From Promethearchaeota archaeon (lineage in GTDB: Archaea; Asgardarchaeota; Lokiarchaeia; Sigyniarchaeales; SOKP01): a stretch of 15,907 nt of DNA. The number at the start of each line of letters is the position of its first letter. Within the stretch, counting starts at the first letter, position 1. The notes beneath the pieces were generated by a model. The model was not told the DNA's origin, searched no databases, and saw only the letters and a program-made list of their open reading frames with translations. The stretch covers positions 1 through 15,907 of the forward strand of contig SHMW01000013.1 in the NCBI GenBank assembly GCA_008080735.1. The letters run 5' to 3'. Made by a program: the position numbers and the translations under genes. Below, in pieces: positions 8,690-15,907 of this stretch.

Positions 8690-9763
8690 TCACTGAAATT
8701 TTGCTGGGTTTTTTAGAAATGCTTTAATTAGTTTAATGGAATTCAAAATATCGTCTAGTTTCAATAAAGAGACTGGGGAATGAATATAGCGACAAGGAAC
8801 GGAGACTACTGAGCTTGGAACACCACCTTTAGTTAAGTGAATTTTTCCCGCATCGGTACCCCCATAGAGTGGTTTTTTAATTTGAAAGGGAATGTTTTCT
8901 ATTTTCGCGTTCTCCATTAATCTCTTATTCACTTTTGGGCTTGAAATTAGAGATTTATCAGCGAGAGTTATTGCGGGCCCCTTTCCTAAATAAGCAGGAC
9001 ATTCTGAATCACTTACTCCAGGAACATCCGCAGCCGTGGTATTCTCGATTGCTAAAGCCATCGTTGGCTCTAAACTATATGCGGCGGGTTGTGCCCCTCG
9101 ACCGCCAATTTCTTCTTGGACTGAGAAACTGAATACGACAGTCTCATCTAACTTGTCGGATGTTTTTAATAATTTCATAATATGTAATAAAACATTGCAT
9201 CCAGTTCTGTCATCAAAAGCCTTTCCTCGCACCATATTATTCGGAAAAAGTTCATAGGGGCTATATAATATCCCCACGGAGCCTATATTTATACCGTTGT
9301 CTAAAACTTCTTGTTTTGAGAAAAATCCTAAATCAATATATAATTTTGAAACTTTAATTTTCTCTTCTCTTTCCTTTGAAGTTGTCAAATGAGGAGGTTT
9401 AGTTCCAATAATTCCAGGATGCATTTTATTTTCATTTGATTTAATCACTACTGGTTGCCCCAGCAATATCCTTTCGTCCCATCCCCCGATTAAAACGAAT
9501 CTGAGAAAACCTTTTTCTTCGATATGAGACACCATAAAGCCGATTTCATCCATATGCGCATCCAAAAGAATTTTCTTTTCTTCATTATTCCCGTATATGA
9601 TTGCCAATACATTTCCTAATTTATCCGTCCATACCCTGTCTGCCAGTTGGCCCTCTTTTATTTCTTGAAGGATAAATTCTCTAATATCTTCTTCATATCC
9701 GGATACCCCCACAAGGGTGGACAGCTTTTCTTGATATTCTTTAATGCTATTAAAATCTTTCAT
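8690..9763 (-). CDS. M42-family metallo-aminopeptidase (TET-like)
   Basis: Metal-ligand and catalytic motifs 'DAHMDEIG', 'KAFDDR', 'QEEIG', 'AIE', 'GGTDAG', 'RYIHS'. ATG at 9763 preferred; in-frame TTG at 9772 is the alternative. Confidence 0.96.
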   Translation of the reverse strand: MKDFNSIKEYQEKLSTLVGVSGYEEDIREFILQEIKEGQLADRVWTDKLGNVLAIIYGNNEEKKILLDAHMDEIGFMVSHIEEKGFLRFVLIGGWDERILLGQPVVIKSNENKMHPGIIGTKPPHLTTSKEREEKIKVSKLYIDLGFFSKQEVLDNGINIGSVGILYSPYELFPNNMVRGKAFDDRTGCNVLLHIMKLLKTSDKLDETVVFSFSVQEEIGGRGAQPAAYSLEPTMALAIENTTAADVPGVSDSECPAYLGKGPAITLADKSLISSPKVNKRLMENAKIENIPFQIKKPLYGGTDAGKIHLTKGGVPSSVVSVPCRYIHSPVSLLKLDDILNSIKLIKAFLKNPAKFQ

Positions 9764-9959
9764 TTTTATCAATTAAATCTTTGGTGAAGGGAATTCTTAA
9801 ATAATTGAGTTTGATTATTTTCAAATCCACAGATTATAATAAAATGTTTCAGATAATTTTTAAGATTCATCTAAATCTAAAAAAGATGTGGGTATTAGTA
9901 ATAAAATGAAAACAGTACAACCTTGAAAATCAAAAATAAAGATAAGAACTGAAGAATTA

Positions 9960-11681
9960 CTATCTAGATGTTTTTTTCAATTCTCTAATTGATTTTTCTG
10001 CGAGATTTAGTGCCTCTCCTTTTTCTTTCTTCAGTTGTTCGATTTCCATTTCAAGCTCTTTTGTATATTTTTCTAACTGTTCGAGAGTCTGGGCTGTTTT
10101 TTGGTCCATACCAGCACCACCTTCAGCAGATTCTACTCGCTCTTTTAAAGAATTATATTTTTCTTCCCATACTTTTACTTCGGTTTGGAGCTCCTTTACT
10201 CTCTCATCCACGGGCATATCACTTGGCACACCACCTTCCCCAGATTGGAGTTGTTCATATTTTTCTTTCCACTTAGTAATCCCCTCCTCTAATTCCTTTA
10301 TTTTCACTTTCATCTCCGAGATCATATCTAATAGGTCATCTTTCGTTTTATCTCCTAATATTTCCTTGAACATTTCTTTTCCAGCTTCTATCTGCTCTTC
10401 TGATTTCTCTCCTAAAATACGTTGTTTCCGCTTTTGTGTTTCTTCCACTGTTTCTTGGGAAAGAAAATCAAGTGCGTTAAATCCTATACCTCCATGCTGG
10501 GTTATTCTCTGCCGAACTTTTACAAAAATTGGTACCCCGCGAACTGCTTCTCCACTAATAATACCTTCTCCTCTATCTAATCCGCTGATATCATCCTTAT
10601 TGTCGCGGCTTAAATCTTCTGCACTTGAAATTGTGATATTAATGTCATTCACATCTGAGAGACTGTGGACAACCCAGGTTCCAGCCTGTGCTCTGATTGT
10701 AGTGTCCAATAATTGAGGTCTTTGGGTCCCGATTACTAAGTTGGAACCAAATTTCCGCCCCTCTTGGGAGAATAATTTTACAGTTTCACATGTAGAAGTT
10801 TTCTTCTTTCCAGCAAAAAGATGTGCTTCATCTAAAAACAAATAGAAAGGAGGGATTTTTCTCGAAGTACTGGCTTGATATAATTTCTTTAATAATCTTC
10901 CCGCAATGGTCTCTTGAGCTTCTAGGGAAATACCTCTCATATTAATAATACTACAAAGATTAGGTGCTACGATATCCGTCTCATCCAGGGAAAATAGATA
11001 TTCGATATCGATATCCGCACCCTTATTTATAGTTAAATCGGAAAATTCAATAATATTGTCTATGAATTCGCTCTCGCCACCACCTTCCTCCTCACTTGCA
11101 ATTTTCAGACTGCCATATTCACCATGTCTGTCGAGAATTACGACGGGGATCCCTTTTTTCATAAATTCTTCACATAACACTCCCATCGTATAGGACTTTC
11201 CGCTACCAGATCGTCCGGTAATAAATACTCGTCCAAAATCTTTAATGAGTAAATTCACATCGAAATCATATCCAAGTAGTTTTCCAAGAGCTACAGACTT
11301 TTCAGGAGGATTATCGATTCCCAATAAATCTCTAATTTGATCCTCTTTAGCTAAAAAGACTTTAGAACCGACCTCGAATGGCCTTCTTGGTCGATCACCG
11401 ACTACGCTCAATTCGGCTTTCATTCCCTCACTATCGTTCCATATTTTACTAATTGAGAGGATATAATAATCGCGCTCCCCTTTTTTCTTTTTCTCCTTCT
11501 CGTCCCTATATACAGTGAGATAACTAGTGCGTTCTACTTCCTTGCTTTCAATTAGAAGGGTAGCTGAACTGAGTTCGGTCTTACCAGTTAGCCGCCCGAC
11601 CGATTTCTCTTCGGGCTTGCCACCTTGGTTATCAGCGGCAGGAGCATTATCATCATTTTCGGGTCCATTATCATCTGACAT
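9960..11681 (-). CDS. HerA/DUF87-like ATPase (FtsK-HerA superfamily) with N-terminal HAS-barrel-like domain and C-terminal coiled coil
   Basis: Walker A GRSGSGKS (aa156-163), 'DRHGEY', Walker B 'LFLDEAH', Arg finger 'EGRKFG', 'TQRP', terminal 'HGG'; aa ~27-112 resemble a HAS barrel ('VGRLTG...RPFEVGSKVFLA'); aa ~405-573 are E/K-rich heptads. GAGTGA SD-like site upstream. Confidence 0.92.
   Translation of the reverse strand: MSDDNGPENDDNAPAADNQGGKPEEKSVGRLTGKTELSSATLLIESKEVERTSYLTVYRDEKEKKKKGERDYYILSISKIWNDSEGMKAELSVVGDRPRRPFEVGSKVFLAKEDQIRDLLGIDNPPEKSVALGKLLGYDFDVNLLIKDFGRVFITGRSGSGKSYTMGVLCEEFMKKGIPVVILDRHGEYGSLKIASEEEGGGESEFIDNIIEFSDLTINKGADIDIEYLFSLDETDIVAPNLCSIINMRGISLEAQETIAGRLLKKLYQASTSRKIPPFYLFLDEAHLFAGKKKTSTCETVKLFSQEGRKFGSNLVIGTQRPQLLDTTIRAQAGTWVVHSLSDVNDINITISSAEDLSRDNKDDISGLDRGEGIISGEAVRGVPIFVKVRQRITQHGGIGFNALDFLSQETVEETQKRKQRILGEKSEEQIEAGKEMFKEILGDKTKDDLLDMISEMKVKIKELEEGITKWKEKYEQLQSGEGGVPSDMPVDERVKELQTEVKVWEEKYNSLKERVESAEGGAGMDQKTAQTLEQLEKYTKELEMEIEQLKKEKGEALNLAEKSIRELKKTSR
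10116..10298 (-). repeat. Protein-level tandem duplication (34-aa period) in the ATPase coiled coil
   Basis: KELEEGITKWKEKYEQLQSGEGG versus KELQTEVKVWEEKYNSLKERVESAEGG; the Trp codons at 10269-10271 and 10167-10169 are 102 nt apart. Confidence 0.7.
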
Positions 11682-11800
11682 AATTTAATCACTCTGATTA
11701 TTACTAAATAATATGGATTATAAAATAAATCAAATTATATTATGAAAATAAAAGAAAATTAAGAAATATAAATGTTAAGAATTTATCGATTTTGTGGATT

Positions 11801-12733
11801 CTAAGCTTGTTTTTGATAGACTATATATTTTTTGACCATATATTTTGGATGATAGGATTCTTTTGCTTTTCGCAGTCCGGGAACTCCTAGATCTTGTTCT
11901 CGATTCACGAATTTCGCATTTTCATCGCAGCAATTTTTTAGAAACATATTATTGATTGCTTGGTACGATCCTTCATAATATGTATGTGCTTTTTCGATAT
12001 GAATCACATTGGTGTCCTCGTTGAGCATCTCCCCAAAAGTATATCCCGCGGGTTTTCCATCCACTAACAAAAGCCCGCCATTATAATCGAGATCAGTATA
12101 ATGGTCCAAAAATCGGTCAATTGCTATTTGTTCCTGTTCTAAATCTTCATTAGATTGGCATTCATTGATAATACACCACTTATTTTGGAGACTTCGACAT
12201 TTTTCGAGCCAGTCTTCAGTAACAAGATGAAACTCATAGTCGTATTGCTCCAAAAACCTTTCTAAGAGCCGCCTTTTCGAACGGTATTTGTTCCCCTCCA
12301 GCGCGATAAGGTCTTCTTTATCATACATATAATCCCAATTGGCTCTATCTTCTTCGATTGCTAAGTTAAGTTTCTTAAATTCTTCCATATCTTGTAGTAT
12401 TGATATTAATGACTCTGGGACGCGGTGTATTTCACACTTAGGTAGTTTTGTAAATAGATCCAAGATCACTTGCTCGGGGTTTTTTCCAATGGGTGGAAAG
12501 AAGAAAAGAACATCGTCGGAATTCTTTTTGGAAGATTTCCACTTTCCTAAGAAATCATTTGAAAAAACAATCAAATGGTCTTCATTTTCTATATATAGAG
12601 AATGGTAATAATTTTGCCATGCAAAGAGATTCGTGAAGGTAAATTCGGAAATTTCTGGGGGGTATTTCTGAAAATAAGAATCAAATTTTTCTTTATCGGA
12701 GAGTTCAATCTTCTTAGCGCGTTCTAAATCCAT
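11801..12733 (-). CDS. Stand-alone DUF2156 protein (MprF/LPG-synthase C-terminal-like, aminoacyl-tRNA-dependent GNAT-fold transferase)
   Basis: 'SEFTFTNLFAW', 'FFPPIG', 'DYMY...LIALEGNKYRSKR', 'HIEKA', 'VNREQDLGVPGLRKAKESYHP'; no TM segments. Confidence 0.9.
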   Translation of the reverse strand: MDLERAKKIELSDKEKFDSYFQKYPPEISEFTFTNLFAWQNYYHSLYIENEDHLIVFSNDFLGKWKSSKKNSDDVLFFFPPIGKNPEQVILDLFTKLPKCEIHRVPESLISILQDMEEFKKLNLAIEEDRANWDYMYDKEDLIALEGNKYRSKRRLLERFLEQYDYEFHLVTEDWLEKCRSLQNKWCIINECQSNEDLEQEQIAIDRFLDHYTDLDYNGGLLLVDGKPAGYTFGEMLNEDTNVIHIEKAHTYYEGSYQAINNMFLKNCCDENAKFVNREQDLGVPGLRKAKESYHPKYMVKKYIVYQKQA

Positions 12734-12802
12734 GTAAAATGGTAAATCGAACTGGTTTAAAAAAATTTTTCTTGGAAAATATAAACTTTCTAATACTAAA
12801 AA

Positions 12803-15601
12803 CTAAATCTGTCTCAAAAAATTTTCGATTTTCTCTCTTTTTTTCTCTTTTATATGTTTTGGAATAGTAAAGCTGAATATCGTCCCGTTCCCTAATACAC
12901 TTTTGAACCATATCTCTCCGCCATGTAAATTTATTAATCGTTTCGCTAATGGCAAGCCTAAGCCCGTTCCAGTGGTATTGCGCACCCTCTCGCTCCTCGA
13001 CCTTTTAAACTCCTCAAATATTATATCTCTTTCTTCTTCAGAGATTCCAATTCCTTCATCTTCTATCCTAAATAACCAAAAGTCTTTATTCTCCTCGATT
13101 TCTATAGAAATTTTTCCATCAATCGAGAATTTAATTGCATTACTAATAATATTGTATAAAATAGATTTGAGTTTTATAGGATCAGCATACATTTGTTGTG
13201 AATTTTTTAATCCTTGAATCTCAATATCAAGAGATTTTTCCTTTAATAATGCTCTAAATTCTGAAATGGTCTGATTGATAACTTTTTCTAAGGAAAAATG
13301 TTTTAGCTTTAACTCCATTACCCCCGAATCAATTTTAGATATATCTAAAATCTCCTTAATCATATTTAATAAATGCTCAGCGCTTGACAAAATATCTTTA
13401 AGATATTCCTCTTGAAGTGGAGAGAGTTCATTAATTTCACCCTCCAAAAGTAATTCTGAAAACCCAATTATTACATTTAATGGAGTTCGAAATTCATGGC
13501 TCATTGTCGCCATGAACTGACTTTTGAACTGCGATGCCTTCGTAATTTCCTTCATGTATAATTGTTGTTCTGCAAGAGCTTCCTCTAATTTCTTCGTCCG
13601 TTTATTGACTTTTTCCTCTAATTTCTTATTAAATTCTTTTTGTAATTCTTCTCGCTTCTTTTGTTCTGTGATATCATTTAATATTGTTTGTATATAGGTT
13701 TGATTATTTCTCTGAAAGACAATTGAAGTAGTCTTCACCCAGATTTTTTTTCCGTCTTTTCTTCTAATCTCGAAATTCATGGGTTTCTGGGTTTTTCCTT
13801 CAGATAATTGTGTGAACTTTCTAACAAGTTCTTTTAATTGACTCTGGTTGGGAAAGATATCTAAACGAAAAAATTCCCTCCCAATAAGTTCATCCTTATT
13901 GTAGTGAATAATTTCAAAGGTTGCGGGATTACAATCTAAAATAATTCCCTCTTTTGAAAATAAGATAATTGAGTATGGTGATTTCTCGACTAGTAACCGA
14001 TATTTCTCTTCTGATTTTTTCAACTCTTTTTGTCTGCTTTTTCTCTCATCAATATCAAGCGTTAGAATCAAATCAGCAGTGCGCCCATTGTATGTTACGG
14101 GTTTACTGTATATTTCGCACCAATAACTCTCTCCCGTCTTTCTTAATCCAAGGAACTCATAGTTTTCCATATACCCCTGTATTCCCATTTGTTTTTTATT
14201 TGCTTGTTCTCTTACAAATTCCCTGTCTTTGGGGTGAATTGTTTTAAGATAATCGCCTGGTTTCCACTTTCCAACCTCTTCATTTGAATATCCAGTTTGT
14301 TTTATAAACTCCCGATTCCAAAACTTCAGCTTATCATCTTGAAGGATTGTCATTGCAATAAAAGATTGATTTGCAATTGATTGGAATATTTCTTGGGATT
14401 CTTTTAGTTTTTCTTCGGCTCGCTTCTTTTGAGTGATATCAGTAAGGATTGTTACTAAATAATTCTTCATGGGAGAATATGCTAAAACATCATACCACTT
14501 CTGTAGAGGCTTTGAATATGTTTCAAACCGAGCTGGTTTTCTGGTTACTGCAACATGATTATATTGATTAATCCAGTCCGTGGGCTCATTTTCAATATCA
14601 GACCATAAATTTCCTATTTTCTTTCCGAGTATTTTCTTTTTATCTAATCCCGTTATATTTTCGAATGCAGAGTTAATTTCTAAAACTACATAATCAATCG
14701 GATTATTTTCTTCATCATAAAGTATTTTATGAAACGCAAACCCATCGGGAATATTTTGGAATAGAGTACGGTATTTTTCTTCAGACTTTTTTAACATTTT
14801 TTCTGCTTCTTTACGTTCGCGTATATCCCGAGAAATTATAAGAGATTTTTTTTCCCCATCAATTGTTTCGAAGAATTTTCCTTTTAATTCAAACCAGAAT
14901 AGATCTCCATTTTTTGCAACGTATCGCAGTTCTGTTCTCGCTTCCTCCCCATTTAAACCTCTAAGGGTTGTCTTTCGTGCTTTTCCATAGTCTTTCGGAT
15001 ATACATATAACGTAGGATGTTGCCCAATTAATTCTTTCTGAGTATATCCTAAAATTTCCTCATAATGCTTATTTACATATTCATGTTTAAAATCAGCGTC
15101 TAAAATTGCGATCAAATCATTAGCATATTCAAAAATATTGTTATAATAGATTTCTTTAGATCTAAGTGCTTTTTCCTTAGAAGATACTAACTTTTTCAAT
15201 TTTTTGTTTAGGAGTTTTCGCTCTGTAATATCTTTAGCAATACCCAATACCGCATATATCTCCTCATCTTTTTTCACGGGAATTCCATATGCATCCACAT
15301 AAATAAATCCGTTCTCCTTTTTCTTCACTTTATAATCGGAAGTTTCTATCTGTTCTCCCGTTTTTAATAAGGTACGGATACTTTTGTAGGCTCTTTTCAG
15401 ACTCTTTTTGTCCAGAATATCGATTAGATTAAGATTCTGAATCTCCCCACGATTATATCCCATTTTCTCTAGAGCAATATCATTAGCATCGATAAAATCT
15501 CCTTTTAAATTATATACATAAATCAAGTCAAGCGAATATTGAAATAGTCCCTTAAATTGTTCCCGCACTAGTTCCTTAATATCGTTTATATCACTATTCA
15601 A
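12803..15601 (-). CDS. Soluble sensor histidine kinase with five PAS domains (HisKA + HATPase_c)
   Basis: Five PAS/PAC units ending DITERK, DIRERK, DITQKK, DIDERK, DITEQK; H-box 'MSHEFRTPLN' (His at 13496-13498), N-box 'NIISNAIKF', 'DEGIGI', 'GTGLGL', 'HGG'; TTG start; no TM or receiver domain. Confidence 0.96.
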   Translation of the reverse strand: MNSDINDIKELVREQFKGLFQYSLDLIYVYNLKGDFIDANDIALEKMGYNRGEIQNLNLIDILDKKSLKRAYKSIRTLLKTGEQIETSDYKVKKKENGFIYVDAYGIPVKKDEEIYAVLGIAKDITERKLLNKKLKKLVSSKEKALRSKEIYYNNIFEYANDLIAILDADFKHEYVNKHYEEILGYTQKELIGQHPTLYVYPKDYGKARKTTLRGLNGEEARTELRYVAKNGDLFWFELKGKFFETIDGEKKSLIISRDIRERKEAEKMLKKSEEKYRTLFQNIPDGFAFHKILYDEENNPIDYVVLEINSAFENITGLDKKKILGKKIGNLWSDIENEPTDWINQYNHVAVTRKPARFETYSKPLQKWYDVLAYSPMKNYLVTILTDITQKKRAEEKLKESQEIFQSIANQSFIAMTILQDDKLKFWNREFIKQTGYSNEEVGKWKPGDYLKTIHPKDREFVREQANKKQMGIQGYMENYEFLGLRKTGESYWCEIYSKPVTYNGRTADLILTLDIDERKSRQKELKKSEEKYRLLVEKSPYSIILFSKEGIILDCNPATFEIIHYNKDELIGREFFRLDIFPNQSQLKELVRKFTQLSEGKTQKPMNFEIRRKDGKKIWVKTTSIVFQRNNQTYIQTILNDITEQKKREELQKEFNKKLEEKVNKRTKKLEEALAEQQLYMKEITKASQFKSQFMATMSHEFRTPLNVIIGFSELLLEGEINELSPLQEEYLKDILSSAEHLLNMIKEILDISKIDSGVMELKLKHFSLEKVINQTISEFRALLKEKSLDIEIQGLKNSQQMYADPIKLKSILYNIISNAIKFSIDGKISIEIEENKDFWLFRIEDEGIGISEEERDIIFEEFKRSRSERVRNTTGTGLGLPLAKRLINLHGGEIWFKSVLGNGTIFSFTIPKHIKEKKREKIENFLRQI

Positions 15602-15907
15602 TGCTTACAGTTAACCCGTTGTTTAGAGAGCTTTTAAAATGTGTTTAAGTATAATCAATTAGGGGTGCCTTAGTTCATAATGAGAACTTGAAACGACATT
15701 TCCCACATAATTAATAAACTACACTATTAAAAATGTTTAGAATACCCTACAAAAATGTATGATTTATGAAAAAAACACATTTTTTTTAGACATTCCTAAA
15801 TCTAACAATAAGACCCATCTTTTCTTGGTTATGCTTGAAATTTCGGTTGCAATTAGTAAATTTGTTCTCGATTGTTCCATATGGCGGTATATCTCTCACG
15901 AAAGAAA

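Noticed and set aside
8630-8692. Selenocysteine readthrough at the M42 TGA stop
   Set aside because: The protein is already complete, the extension is short and low-complexity, and no SECIS-like hairpin is evident.
9957-9962. Amber readthrough at the ATPase stop
   Set aside because: TAG is immediately followed by TAA.
9960-11681. Canonical HerA-NurA resection operon or Sir2-HerA/nuclease-HerA defence system
   Set aside because: No nurA, mre11, rad50, Sir2 or nuclease gene is adjacent; the neighbours are a peptidase and a DUF2156 protein.
15-14247. Short ORFs overlapping the called genes, almost all antisense (15-254, 1001-1288, 1285-1494, 2535-2831, 3317-3499, 4081-4278, 4429-4620, 4853-5059, 5818-6153, 7731-8042, 8935-9132, 9036-9257, 9989-10276, 10366-10716, 12339-12608, 12714-12911, 12903-13217, 13969-14247)
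   Set aside because: They lie on or across well-supported genes, have no recognisable motifs, and mostly show the Ser/Phe/Ile/Pro-rich composition of shadow frames.
15636-15783. MITE bounded by 11-bp inverted repeats
   Set aside because: The repeat is short and AT-rich, with no convincing target-site duplication, second copy or transposase in the window.
15786-15907. 3' end of a further minus-strand gene at the right edge
   Set aside because: Two minus frames are open from the edge (FFRERYTAIWNNREQIY* and SFVRDIPPYG...RFRNV*), but neither has a recognisable motif, so the frame cannot be chosen.
1-15907. CRISPR array, tRNA/rRNA, prophage or IS element
   Set aside because: No regularly spaced nucleotide repeats, GC-rich structured RNA segments, integrase, transposase or viral genes were seen. 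The LRR and PAS repeats are diverged protein-level repeats.

Overview
AT-rich, gene-dense archaeal-type window with 12 supportable protein-coding genes; no rRNA, tRNA, CRISPR array or mobile element was recognised. The gene content points to an Asgard archaeon of the Lokiarchaeia type (inference from an SDS22-like LRR protein, a soluble multi-PAS histidine kinase, a TET-type M42 peptidase, a HerA-like ATPase, BRE/TATA promoters and oligo-T terminators). Order: 5'-truncated M23-like metallopeptidase (+); small 3-TM protein (-); LRR plus TPR-like protein (-); acyl-CoA dehydrogenase-etfB-etfA operon (+); membrane-anchored alpha/beta hydrolase (-); OFA-family MFS transporter (+); then a co-directional minus-strand run of 5-PAS histidine kinase, stand-alone DUF2156 aminoacyl-tRNA-dependent transferase, HerA/DUF87-like ATPase and M42 aminopeptidase. 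The most notable object is the HerA-like ATPase. It has no nuclease partner here, appears to lack most of the helical insertion, and has a long coiled-coil tail with a 34-aa WxxKY repeat. Whether it works with its DUF2156 and M42 neighbours is a hypothesis only.
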